This document shows positions 27,501 to 37,565 of a stretch of DNA of 64,000 nucleotides, piece after piece. A program made the translations under genes and the position numbers. The stretch is from Haliotis rufescens (lineage: Eukaryota). The number at the start of each line of letters is the position of its first letter. Position 1 is the stretch's first letter. The notes under the pieces are model-generated. The model was not told the DNA's origin and did no database searches. It saw nothing but the letters and a program-made list of their open reading frames with translations. The stretch lies in assembly GCF_023055435.1 (NCBI RefSeq), contig NW_025963791.1:34658001-34722000 (forward strand). The letters run 5' to 3'.

Positions 27501-30500
27501 TGACATGCATCAAACCCATGCTTGCCGTAAAAGGCGGCTATGCTTGTTGTAAGAGGCGACTAACGGGATCGGGTGGTCAGGTTCGCTGACTTGGTTGATA
27601 CACGTCATCGTATCCCAATTGCGAGGATCGATGCTCATGATATCAATCACTAGATTGTCTGGTCCAGACCCGATTATTTACAGACCGCTGTCATACAGCT
27701 GGAATATTGCTGAGTGCGGCGTTAAACAACAAACAAATCAACCAAGTCAGCAAGTCTGACCATCGGATCCTGTTGGTCGCCGCTTATGACAAGCATATTC
27801 CCTGAAGGCATATCAAGAATAATCTTAGGACAAACATGTTCACTAAGTCACCAGATAAAAAAGCGTGGTAAGAGGCTTTCTGACCTCATCCTTCATAAAA
27901 TACCTGTCCCTCATAACCTCTATTTACTATTCAATGCTTACATGGAGACAGAAATAGTTCTTAATACTGGAAATTCCAAGAGTCATGATATCAAATAACT
28001 TTTATCAGATTAAATCAGATTAATTTCCTCATCTTAGTGCAATCAAGTGACGCAAAACATTTATTTCCTACTGTTTATAAGAAGGACATTTATATTCTCA
28101 TGCACGATTTAATCTGAGTGTAAAATTCTGATAGAAACGCCTGCAGTTTATTTATTTCGGAAGGTCACGAAACCGGGCGTTTATTCATGGCAAGCATTTA
28201 TTTCTTTCATTAGGGGATTTTTACATCAAAGCCTTGTGTTTTTTCTCACAATATCATGACTGAACAAGAACTGTTAAACAAAGACTAAAATACGACCTGC
28301 TGTTTATTCAAGACAGGCGTTTTAGCAAGGATTTACGGTTTGATTGAAAGAGTAAAGATGGGTGGACTACCTTGTTCTGAATATTAAGTAGATATGAATT
28401 AATGAATACATTGCTATTGATTCTGTGGCATTTGATGAGTTAAGCAATCAATTTATTTGCACTTATGTTCCTACAAACCAAAAAACAATAAGGTCACGCC
28501 CACTAACAAATAACTATTTCTTGATTGGTTGATAACAGAATGGGCGGGTCTTTTGTTTCATTATTGCACTGATTGATGTCTCTTATTTCACATGGTTGTC
28601 TAAAGGTTTTTGTGGGTTAATGATTTAATAAGCAGCCTGTGAAGTAATTATTGTGGACGAGCATTTATACATTATTGACTCTAGTATTAACATTTATACC
28701 TCCTTAAAAACAGAAAATATTGAGGTCAGTCCTTAAATAATGAGATTGTCATGCAACTTTCCAGACAATTAAGGAGGAAGGCAGTTATACTAGTATTATT
28801 TTAACTTTCAATGACCATGATACTTGAGTATTGTGACAAACATTATCCATAACTAAAGCCAAATCACTTTCCAGTCAGCCCTGATTGAGCATTATGCATG
28901 TGAAGTATCCCATCTGGAAGTATTGGGGTTACTTACTGTGTTCCTCCACAACACTTGTAAGAAGTTGAGCAAGATGCTGGAAGCCCTTCCGCTCGGCAAT
29001 GTCACATGGATAGTCGCCATCACAGTTCTCCATGCAGCAAGCCATCACCATGAACGTGTGTGGAAACCGCAGCAACTCCGTGCACATATTTACCAAGTTG
29101 AACTCTGCTGCAAAGTGAGCAATGGTTGGCCACTTATGACTGCTCCGCTCATCTGTTAAAATAAAGGTCAAGGTCAGTGGGTCAATGTCAAGGTCAGAAG
29201 GTCCTTTTAAATATTAATCATTAACAAATGTGTTTGTTCCAGTCTCATTAAGATCTAGGCCTCATCTTAGCGCTACGACTGTCGTAAGTCTATGCTAAAA
29301 TATGGGCGTTACAATCGCCTTAGTGCAGAGATACTGTTGTGGAACTGGACTAAGATCTTTTACAACAATTCCATGCATCTCTCAGTCAATCTGACAAAAA
29401 CTCTTGGCGGTCACGTCAGGTGAATTAAGCTTAAGCAGACTTCACCTGCCCAAACAAAATTAACGATGCTATCAGCTTTCTCCTTTCTAAAAGGAATCTA
29501 TGATGATATTCAGCTCAAAATAAATACTGACCAGTGACACTAGCCTCAAACATCTGCAGCATCTGAATATTCTGAGGGGACCATTTCTTCAGTTGCTGTG
29601 ACATGGCTGAATCTAATGCCTCATTGTTATCACCGTTCAACCCCAGGGCCTGACACATCAGGGTCATGGGGTTTGTAATGTCATGTAACAAGCTATACAA
29701 TTGGTCCATTTTAGTCTGTAGTTTCACACGGTCTTCACCTAGCACTTGATCTCGACATGAAACTTTGACTGGTATAGTCCCTCTGGTTCCCTCTGAAATA
29801 CAAATTCACCCAGAGATATTTGATAAAGACTTTGGCATGAAACTCTGTCAAACAACCCTGTGCAAAGAAGAATCAATGCAAGTGACTTAGAATGATTTAA
29901 TGCAAAAATGGGAGACCTTCCCGTAAGTAGGGGGAGGGTCTGGGCATCCATTTACATAATATAATGAACACAGTCAGGGATCATGAATATTTTTGAGGAA
30001 GAGTTTTGTAGTCATGGTAGTGAAGGGTGAGTTCACAATTTCATAAAAAATATCTTCAAAAATATTCATGATTTCTACCTTTTTTGTTCAGTAGACTTAG
30101 AAGTATGTGACCCACCAGTTATACTATTAAAAGTCAGGGGGATGGAAATATCAAAATTGTGAACCTGTCAAAAGACAACACAGTAGCAATTCACTGACGT
30201 ATTGAGCAGCCACTGCAACTGGCCATGACATCATACAATATGTTGCACAATTGGCTACGACAGCTAATCAGAGAGCATGTCCCAATACATTGCCGTTAGA
30301 TGGATTGGTCATAGAAGGGATGTTTACACTTTTTCAAAGACAATTACTGAAAATAGCGCCAAAATACAGGTTCATGCTAGATGAGTCAAATGTTTTGGCA
30401 CAGTTTGAACTAAAACTGAATCCACTAGAGGGGGTTGCGCATTACACATGTGTGCACACTATACTCAAGACAATACGGTACTTGGATTTACATACTGGTG

Positions 30501-33500
30501 TGTGCTGCTGATTTGCTGATTATCATGTTGTGCATATTCCAAACCCACTGGTGACACACTAACATAACCCAACACTCTTCCAAGGGGTGGTCGATGCATG
30601 GACGTGTAACATGTAACGGAAACTGATCCAAAGTTGTCAGTTTATTTACCTGGGATATCAACAGCATAAACTGCCTTGTCAATGAACTGTGCGGTGACCT
30701 TGACCGGTGGCGACGTTCGTAGCTCCACAGTCAGATCAGTATCAGATGGACGATCCAAGAGTATCAGTGTCTCGGGCGATGACTACAAGGAGGAAATAAT
30801 GTCATGCAGTCACGATACAACAATGTTCCATCCAGAGTCATTTTACATTACTCATTATGCAATCTTTGAACACAATCAATACCTCAATGCTATATTTACC
30901 ATACTACATCACTAATCCCTGTGTTAAGTGTAATTCATGACTCGTGACTGTCATCAGGGATCCGGGATTTGACTTATTTAGACTAGTTTATGCATCTATG
31001 TTATATCTTTGATAATTTTTGCGGAAAAGGGTGCAGCCTGATTTTGTCTGGTGCAACTAGGTTGTCATTTTCAACAAGCACCTGGTGCTAAGTTCCTGAA
31101 GTTCCTTAAATCAAGCAGTGCAGATTTCAACATGTTCAATGAAATCAGGAATATGGGGCTTCAGTCAGTGGGGCATTTAATCATGTTAATCACTTGAATT
31201 TTCAATTAAACTTACATCTCCTACCGATGTGTATTTAAATGCATTAGTGATACATACATTAACCCCTTATTTATTAGTCCAAACTTCTCTTTCACTAACC
31301 AGTAATTGACCAAAATGTTTTACATAACTGTCATACATGTCACAACTTTTTACTTTTTAAAGTTTTGATAGCATGAATGAGTGCATGTTGTTACATGTCA
31401 AAATGATCAATAATTCGGCTACATCACAGCAGTCGGTAATTAATCAAGTCTGGACTCATCTCATCGGTGACTCAAATTTTAAGCACTAATGCACACTATT
31501 GGGGCACAATGACACGCCATCAGCAAGGTCAGAGAGGGATCTGACGACACGCTTGGAATACAGGCGCCTATTCATACCCCTGAATCATAGCGGCCGACTG
31601 CAAGCAATTGCATAAATATTAAACCTGAATATGACTTGTCATAACTAAGCAAATACAGGTTGCTGGAGTCAAATGAGTGAAGGGCGATACTGAGTGCACC
31701 AGGAAGACAGCTGAAGCAAATCTCATGGCAAGAAAACACCAGTCATAGTATATTTCATAGACCACAGGCCAAACACAATAAACACATAAAACAGCATTGC
31801 ACACAGTAAGTCGGTAACTATTCCTTACATCAAATCCCCAACCACCAACCCCTCACCCAAACCATAACACATCTAAGTTGCCCAAGAGTATTATAATTAT
31901 CAAAGTCAAGTCTGTTTCATTCCTTCATGATATAATATACACATTTGGAAAGATTTAGTGACAAAATTTCTCACTTCTTAATAAATACACAAACTTAAAT
32001 ATTCTGGGATTATTAATAACATGTATAGTTTAATATTGTAATTGAATAAATGTTTATTGTGGGCAAAGAATGAGAATAATGCTCTATAATGCCAAAACAA
32101 TAAGGACAGAGTCTTTGGTCTGGTGGTAATTTGACTCTGAGCCCAACTGCCCTTCTCAATCGTGTAAGTGTGATCTTAAATGAAATTATGTAATTGTGTG
32201 GCGATTGGTCAATCAATTAATGCAATCATCCATGTCTCAATGCAAGTGTTAAGCACAAGTTGGAGTGAGTGAGTGAGTGAGTATGGTTTTACGCCGCTTT
32301 TAGCAATATTCCAGCAATATCACGGCGGGGGACACCAGAAATGGGCTTCACACATTGTACCCATGTCGGGAATCGAACTCGTCGTCTTCGGCGTGACGAG
32401 TGAACACTTTAAGCACTAGGCTACCCGACCGCCCCAGCACAAGTTGGAAGCTCAATGGCATGACTCGTTGACATTGATGCCATGTTACATTACCAAAGAT
32501 ATAATCATATGATAAAATACCAAATATCGTTAATTTAGGATAACTTTTTATTCCAATTGAATTTGGGTGAAGGGACAAGAGTTCTGAGAGCTAGTAATAG
32601 GAGACTTCCAGTGTCTAAACATTTCTAAACATTCCTGCTGCTTTCAAGTTTTACCATAGTCATGGCTGAGAAACCAGTCTATTTCAAGGCTTGCCTAGTC
32701 AGTATCAAATATCTGTGACTCCGCGCCAACCAGTCCTTGTTTTATCCCCTTAATGCTGAACGCCAGACAAGGTAACAACAATTACCATCTTTTAACGTCT
32801 TTTGGTATGACGCGGCCGGGTATCAAACTCTGGACCTTCCGCTCTCCAGGCGGACGCTCTAACCAGCAGACAAGGCAGGCGGTCAAAGCCTGAAGTGATA
32901 CAGTTCTAGACGTTTACCAGTTTGGTGAAACCCAGCAGCACGGCGATGGTGCTGACAAATCTAGAAACATCATCTAATATTCAAACCCATGATCATAGGT
33001 TACTGGCACACCTAAGGGAAGCAACTCTGCACAGAGAATTCCAATGCCTTAGAAGACAAAGCCACCCATGTTCCCCCTTGGCTTTGCTAAGGAATAAAGA
33101 AAATATTGCCACTTACCGAATTTGGCGCTTTAGGAATGATCTTGTATATTTGATTGATCTGTCTTGGGGATGGAGGATACTGGTATATACTATCCGTATC
33201 AAACGGATCTTCTTCATCACTGAATTCATCCTGCTCGTACACTTTGATAATCTCCATCAATGCATTTCGGAGTGACGTTCCCGGATCATTCTGGTGGATT
33301 GTCTCGTGATTACATTGGAATATGTATTCACTTTTGGCTTGCAGGATGTTTTTTACTTCCAAAACATCCAGTCCAAGTAGAACCATGACTGTGCTGGACT
33401 TATCGAACTGTGCGAAGTCCCACTGACTACTTGCAGCGCCCTCTAGGAGTTGAGGGGAGATAAGCACAACTTGCACCTTGTAGTTTTTGAGAGAAGGTAT

Positions 33501-33647
33501 GTTCACAGTGCTGTAGTCCTGACCATGTGTTCGGATGTTGTATTCCGGGGAGGTAAGTTTACGCTGGATGAACAGGGCCCATTCGTTGCCATCATCTGCA
33601 TACACAATGACGATCTCACCGAACGTGTCAGGCGCCTCAGCCGCCAT
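12444..33647 (-). CDS. PIK3AP1: BCAP/PIK3AP1 (BANK1/Dof family)-like adaptor, 12 coding exons, ~823 aa: join(33647-33117,30782-30650,29792-29532,29152-28937,21680-21540,21069-21019,20205-20140,19651-19029,18523-18401,17893-17788,14635-14538,12566-12444)
   Basis: All junctions are GT-AG with consistent phases (0,1,1,1,1,1,1,0,0,1,0) and the frame is open to TAG at 12444-12446. Domain order is TIR-like, DBB (NPMTLMCQALG...EALD), ankyrin (PTIAHFAAEFNL...GDYPCDIAERKGF), YxxM, which matches the BCAP family as recalled. No database search was run. Confidence 0.88.
12721..13263. mobile_element. MITE, CATCTTCC-terminal family, 9-bp TSD
   Basis: Imperfect ~55-bp TIRs. TSD (A/T)ACACCACC. Confidence 0.88.
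13780..14288. repeat. Minisatellite, 42-bp unit, interrupted by SINE B
   Basis: TTACCAGTGACTGCCTAGACTTGTGAGACAAGGATTGTTTAC, about 8 units. Confidence 0.96.
14038..14200 (-). mobile_element. SINE family B inserted in the 42-bp minisatellite
   Basis: Family B body. The array resumes at about 14202. Confidence 0.92.
14538..14635 (-). CDS. PIK3AP1: Exon (RKMSLPAVLEPTEARDSGSYSEEEDGSTDAEKI)
   Basis: 98 nt, tttcag acceptor, GTAAGT donor, phase 1 to 0. Confidence 0.8.
16542..17134 (+). mobile_element. Miniature non-autonomous LTR element (TRIM) with tRNA-like LTRs and a tRNA-Lys PBS
   Basis: 5' LTR remnant ends GGCCGCTACA at 16602. PBS TGGCGCCCAACGTGGG at 16604-16619. 106-bp internal region. 3' LTR runs TGTAGC (16709) to GCTACA (17052), interrupted by a SINE. 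Extra partial LTR at 17054-17134. Confidence 0.8.
16852..17021 (-). mobile_element. SINE family B inserted in the TRIM 3' LTR
   Basis: TSD CACATGACTTGGA. Confidence 0.93.
17788..17893 (-). CDS. PIK3AP1: Exon (KTRFYVRQARGSDPGLSGIGFDKLQLGAPKSYTVP)
   Basis: 106 nt, long T-rich acceptor ending ttttag, GTAACT donor. Supplies the phase 0 to 1 change required by the next exon. Confidence 0.8.
18401..18523 (-). CDS. PIK3AP1: Exon (TTEPAMRGRTTRSKISSFLKRIGMKKQSSLQDPHRTDKQNK)
   Basis: 123 nt, ttgcag acceptor, GTAACC donor, phase 0 to 0. Confidence 0.8.
18558..18965. repeat. Intronic minisatellite, 21-bp CCCAGAATAGCAGAAACAAGT
   Basis: About 19 units filling most of a 505-bp intron. Confidence 0.96.
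19029..19651 (-). CDS. PIK3AP1: Large Ser/Pro-rich disordered exon (YVKP, YGDI, YEHP)
   Basis: 623 nt, ctacag acceptor, GTAAGT donor, phase 1 to 0. GC-richer island and the genuine part of ORF 18516..19667. Confidence 0.9.
20140..20205 (-). CDS. PIK3AP1: Small exon (GKQEVKRSVSEGGKRLSFMNLE)
   Basis: 66 nt, phase 1 to 1, strong GTAAGT donor, weaker ttcaag acceptor, purine-rich open frame. Confidence 0.65.
21019..21069 (-). CDS. PIK3AP1: Candidate small exon (VLPGDKPFPCKKRTKSK); alternative donor at 21043
   Basis: tttcag acceptor with a T-rich tract. Two in-phase donors (GTAAGA, GTAGTT) give 27 or 51 nt. No homology support. Confidence 0.5.
21144..21395. mobile_element. PIF/Harbinger-like MITE
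   Basis: TIR GGGACTGGTCATTTATTAT, TTA on both flanks, extra internal TIR copy at about 21260. Confidence 0.75.
21540..21680 (-). CDS. PIK3AP1: BCAP-like exon with YINQ and YMDM tyrosine motifs
   Basis: 141 nt, ttgcag acceptor, GTGAAT donor, phase 1 to 1. Encodes VDSGIMEPELPPPAPHMKAFHYINQTPVEGVLDLESPYMDMTGLQK. Confidence 0.85.
22360..22814. repeat. Minisatellite, 21-bp GAGAATGTCTAGATCTCAAGT
   Basis: About 21 units. Confidence 0.96.
23382..23543 (-). mobile_element. SINE family B
   Basis: Family B body. Partial TSD TTACTTGA. Confidence 0.92.
24307..24420. repeat. Inverted repeat, 47-bp arms (45/47), 20-bp loop
   Basis: Arms at 24307-24353 and 24374-24420. Confidence 0.92.
24611..24883 (-). 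mobile_element. SINE family A
   Basis: Full body. TSD GAACTCAGTAG. Confidence 0.9.
25589..25757 (-). mobile_element. SINE family B
   Basis: TSD TAGT(C/A)CTAATAG. Confidence 0.92.
26647..27151. mobile_element. MITE, CATCTTCC-terminal family, inverted relative to the 12721 copy
   Basis: Same internal sequence in reverse. TSD ACATGTAG(A/G). Confidence 0.88.
27365..27800. mobile_element. Nested family C copies: a plus copy (27514-27737) inside a minus copy
   Basis: The minus copy breaks at ...TGCATCAA and resumes at ATCAACCAAGTCAG after the plus copy's tail. Confidence 0.85.
28937..29152 (-). CDS. PIK3AP1: BCAP-like exon: ankyrin repeats
   Basis: 216 nt, phase 1 to 1. KWPTIAHFAAEFNLVNMCTELL...NCDGDYPCDIAERKGFQHLAQLL parallels BCAP LPTLLHFAAKYGL...NKHGHYPNTIAEKHGF. 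Confidence 0.92.
29532..29792 (-). CDS. PIK3AP1: BCAP-like exon: DBB C-part (EGTRGTIPVKVSCRDQVLGEDRVKLQTKMDQLYSLLHDITNPMTLMCQALG...)
   Basis: 261 nt, tttcag acceptor, GTCAGT donor, phase 1 to 1. NPxxxMCQA and E.LD motifs typical of DBB. Confidence 0.9.
30650..30782 (-). CDS. PIK3AP1: BCAP-like exon: DBB/TIG N-part (SSPETLILLDRPSDTDLTVELRTSPPVKVTAQFIDKAVYAVDIP)
   Basis: 133 nt, ttgtag acceptor, GTAAAT donor, phase 0 to 1, beta-strand-like pattern. Not in the supplied ORF track. Confidence 0.85.
32265..32435 (-). mobile_element. SINE family B
   Basis: TSD AGCACAAGTTGGA. Confidence 0.93.
32695..32885 (-). mobile_element. Older tRNA-derived SINE with Meta-domain-like body
   Basis: Minus strand reads GGTTAGAGCGTCCGCC...CATACCAAAAGACGTTAAAAGATGGTA...CAGCATTAAGGG...GACTGGTTGGC, resembling mollusc MetaSINEs as recalled. 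Fragments at about 33740-33830 and 49645-49800. Confidence 0.65.
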
Positions 33648-33658
33648 TGTGGATCGTG
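33117..33658 (-). CDS. PIK3AP1: BCAP-like exon: TIR-like domain (ATG at 33647)
   Basis: Acceptor tttcag at 33659-33660, donor GTAAGT below 33117. EIVIVYADDGNEWALFIQRKL...VQVVLISPQLL...VMVLLGL resembles the BCAP TIR start (DILIVYSPDAEEWCQYL...VVVLLSAEL). Confidence 0.9.
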
Positions 33659-33861
33659 CTGAAACATGAAAGAGAAGACATTAATAAGGGAATGTTTTTA
33701 ACATGAATAACCCACTCAGACAGAGTATGCACTCGTTTCAAAGTCTTTTGGTATGATGTAGTTGGAGATCGAACCTCGACCTTCCTGCCCCTGGGCAGAA
33801 GCACTACCCACTAGGCCACAGAGGCAGGCCATTCAAGACACAAATGCCACATCCTATTGAG

Positions 33862-34152
33862 TGAGTGAGTGAGTGAGTGAGTGAGTTGGGTTTAACGCCA
33901 CTTTTAACAGTATTCCAGTTATATCACGGCGTGTCAGCTTAATGTGGGAGGAAAGCCCGAAGTGATGCAGGTCTCAGACATTTACCACTTCGGTGAAACC
34001 CACGAGCACGGGTATGGTGCTGACAAACCTAGAAACATAATCGGGGCGAACCAGGATTCGAACCCACAATCATAGGTTTCTGGCGTGGCCAAGGGACGCA
34101 ACTCTGCACAGCGAATCGCGGCGCCTTAGACGACTGGGCCACCCGTGCACCC
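33862..34152 (-). mobile_element. SINE family A (tRNA-Leu/Ser-like head, (ACTC)n tail), intact copy
   Basis: A box TGGCCCAGTCG and B box GGTTCGAATCC on the minus strand, 15-bp TSD CCACATCCTATTGAG. Other copies at about 1-140, 1086-1305, 7845-8087, 11098-11350, 13495-13779, 32885-33078 (minus) and 10635-10830, 50300-50450 (plus). Confidence 0.92.
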
Positions 34153-34319
34153 CCACATCCTATTGAGGGATACCAGCAGTAAATGAGTGAGTATTGTTTT
34201 ATGCTGATTTAGCAATACTGCATCTATGTACGTGGAGGATGCAAGGACGTGGCACCACACATTCTACCCACGAGTGGAACCAAACATGTCTCTGGGCTAC
34301 GCCCACCAAACAAGTAAGA

Positions 34320-34493
34320 GTGAGTGAGTGAGTATGGTTTTACGCCGCTTTTAGCAATATTCCAACAATATCACGGCGTGGGGACACCAGAAATGGGCTT
34401 CACAATTTTTACCCATGTCGGGAATCGAACCCGGGTCTTCGGCGTGACAAGCAAACGCTTTAACATGTTTAACCACTAGGCTACCCGACCGCC
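34320..34493 (-). mobile_element. SINE family B
   Basis: TSD CCAAACAAGTAAGA. Confidence 0.92.
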
Positions 34494-35096
34494 GCCAAAC
34501 AAGTAAGAAAATTGTTAGCTTTAATACAGCAATACTAAAAAAGCAGGTAGCTCAAAAAATGGTTGTCACAAATTATACTCAAGTGGTATGAAACCGGGTA
34601 TTCATAACGAGCGACAGCATTACAACTGAGCAACCTAATATAAGTCGACCAGGGAGTAATATTTAAAATATGATTTCCTTAAATTTACAAATATCACAAG
34701 AAGGAAAACTCTGTTAATATGTTTTCATAAAAAAAATACACATACTTATTCTTTTAAAAACACATATTTCAATAATTAACAAATATGAGGAACACTATTG
34801 TAAATTATTACAAATATGTCGCAAAACAAATAAAAATGGGATACTGAACACACTGGTAGATTCAAATACACAAGGGAATTAAAATACTTTCACCAAGGAC
34901 ATAAAAAACCACAAATATTCAAACAATTTCAAAAGAAAGTTGAACTATATTGATAAAAATAACACATTTCCATCAGTGATAGACAATGCAACTCTCCTGA
35001 AACAGACCAAATACATGTCTGCCTTACTAAAACCCATAAAACACTGACGACAACAAACACAAAACCTCAAGACAAAACACACCCAATCCATCTTAC

Positions 35097-35450
35097 CTTT
35101 CAAATCTACAACACATTTCCAAACCCCCCTGAAAAGGGTGTAAATCTGAAACATCACCCATGACGGGACAGGCTTGGGGCACTTCATTGTTCTCATTAAC
35201 AGCAATGTTAAAACAATTTACCTTCAAAGGCGAAAAAAGGAAAATCAGGAGGTGTTCACTCTCCCCCATGGATATAGGAAGTCTGCCATCACATATACAA
35301 TGTAGTATGAAGGCCGCCCACGATTGTCTCAGCGGAGTTGACATAAGCTAACAACAAACAGTCAAACTGAAAATGTTTCTGACGCTATCTTCCTCATACA
35401 ACAGACTGCTATACACACGTGCCGGGACGATACGAGAGAGAGAATTTGCC
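35097..35450 (-). other. Candidate alternative first/5' exon of the BCAP-like gene (5' boundary unknown)
   Basis: Strong AAG|GTAAGA donor below 35097. One frame (...VWKCVVDLK) ends in phase 1, compatible with the TIR exon. Confidence 0.3.
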
Positions 35451-36014
35451 CAAGTCCATACTTCCTGTTTGCTAATTGGATCAACTATTTTGAAATGAAA
35501 ACTCGAATGCAGACACTGCTATACTTCACTGCTTACAGAACTTGTGATACACCAGCTGTTATAAATTAAGACAAACAGAAAGGCAAATATATGATAATCT
35601 AGTGTAAATTTATTTTTTCAGATTAAGGCTTATATTTAACTCAATGAAATTGTTTATTCAAATACTTGGGGACAAATGATAATACTGGGTTTTATATATT
35701 ATTTGTTAATTTTTTTATAATTTGTAGCATTTTATTCCTATTTGTGTAGTATTTTTCTAAATGACAATCAAAGACATTGCGAAAGCAACATGTACCTTTT
35801 GTTGTCTTTAACCATGTTGAAGTTTGTGATGCAAGGATGAGCTATGGAGTTTAAACAGAAATCACATCAACATTTCCTCTTAACCCTAAACAAACTTAGG
35901 GCAAGCCATGGAATTTGTAAGATCTAGGTGAGACCCAGGTGAGGTGAAATTGGGCTTAACGTCTCATTCAACATTATTCCACCTGTGTAGTGACTTGCAT
36001 GCATGTGTGTGTGC

Positions 36015-36425
36015 TAGGGCTGGGACGAGTCCAAAGTTACTACCCGGGTACCCACCCCCCTATTACCCGACCCTAACGGGGTACCCGCTGTAGGTCTCAA
36101 GATATAGGTACAAACTGTCCGATTATGAAAAGTATGACCGTAGCTCTGGTAAAATGTGTTTAGATACATGTATAAAACAATCTGGTGAATACAATGAAGT
36201 TGACTAAAGTTTTATTTTTATTCAAACATATAACAGTCAGAAGGAATGGGCGTAGTAGAACTGCGAACATTAGTGACTTGTAGTTTAAACATAGAATTTT
36301 AGATACTTTTTGTCATTAAACAATATATCACATGACTAACTACGGGTCCAGGTAGTCCTGTGGGTACCCGGGTCCTACTCAGTACCCACCCGACCCGAGT
36401 ACCCAAGTTACCCATCCCAACCCTA
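36015..36425. mobile_element. hAT-like MITE (TAGGG...CCCTA)
   Basis: TIR TAGGG(C/T)TGGGA, degenerate 8-bp TSD gtgtgtgc/aggtgtgc, subterminal GGGTACCC motifs. Confidence 0.8.
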
Positions 36426-36451
36426 AGGTGTGCCTAGTTGTACCCATCCAG

Positions 36452-36622
36452 AGTGAGTGAGTGAGTGAGTATGGTTTTACGCCGCTTTTAGCAATATTCC
36501 AGCAATATCACGGCGGGGGACACCAGAAATGGGCTTCACACATTGTACCCATGTCGGGAATCGAACCCGGGTCTTCGGCGTGACGAGCGAACGCTTTAAC
36601 CACTAGGCTACCCGACCGCCCC
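36452..36622 (-). mobile_element. SINE family B (tRNA-Asp(GTC)-derived, ~160 bp, (ACTC)n tail), intact copy
   Basis: Minus-strand head GGTAGCCTAGTGGTTAAAGCGTTCGCTCGTCACGCCGAAGACCCGGGTTCGATTCCCGAC resembles tRNA-Asp. TSD GTACCC(A/G)TCCAGA. Other copies at about 6557-6705, 15510-15680, 20338-20487, 34185-34305, 46331-46509. Confidence 0.93.
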
Positions 36623-37287
36623 GTACCCGTCCAGACGTATGCCAGTTTCATAGGGATCACCACCCACTGACATACCATGCAGTTTAACATGGATACCCCA
36701 CTCAGACTCCGAGCTGACCAGTCTTTGTTTCGTCTTGGGTTGATATGAGGTATGATATGAAAACGGCCATATAATAACCTTTTTATCATATACCATAACA
36801 TCAAATTGTGAAATGTATCTATTTGCAAGTGATCGAATACATTTTCACCTTGTTTGGAAGGCAATGTCACGGGAAAGCTAGCCGAGCAGTTTAACTGAGG
36901 GACGCAACTCCAATTTCCTACCACCCAGGCTGATATTGTTCGCCCACTGAAAATGCATAGACAAGCCATATCAGCTCTGCAGGGGGTTTAATACAGGTCT
37001 GGTTATTACAAACCCTGTGAATAACCATCTCTATGTTGGCTCTATCATACATACAAAACGCATTATGTCATTGATCAAATACAGTATACCGGATATAGTA
37101 ATGGCAAGTGTTATCGATGCGATAATCCAATGCATTAAACTTAGTGTCACAACTGATAAATATGCAGACAATCTCTATGAAATACAAAGTAAACAAAATT
37201 TGCTGCATTCCCCATACAGGGATAAGCAGACAAACAGAAATGTCCCTATCTCTATATCGGTAATGATGGAGTCGGTGAGAGGTGGAG

Positions 37288-37565
37288 TGAGTGAGTGAGT
37301 TGGGTTTAACGCCGCTTTTAACAGTATTCCAGTTATATCATGGTGTGTCAGCTTAATGTGGGAGGAAAGCCCGAAGTGATGAAGTTCTCAGACGTTTACC
37401 ACTTCGGTGAAACCCACGAGCACAGGTATGGTGCTGACAAACCTAGAAACATAATCAGGGAGAACCGTGATTCGAACCCACAATCATAGGTTTCTAGAGT
37501 GCCCAAGGGACGCAACTCTGCATAGCGAATCGTTGCGCCTTGGACGACTGGGTCACCCGTGCCCC
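37288..37565 (-). mobile_element. SINE family A
   Basis: Full body. TSD GGTGAG(A/T)GGTGGA. Confidence 0.9.

Noticed and set aside
29793-29857. Upstream acceptor at 29858 for the DBB exon
   Set aside because: In phase 1 it reaches a stop at 29739. The acceptor at 29793-29794 restores the DBB frame.
36550-36622. tRNA-Asp gene
   Set aside because: It is the head of a SINE: no proper acceptor stem, fused to a body and tail, with TSDs and many copies.
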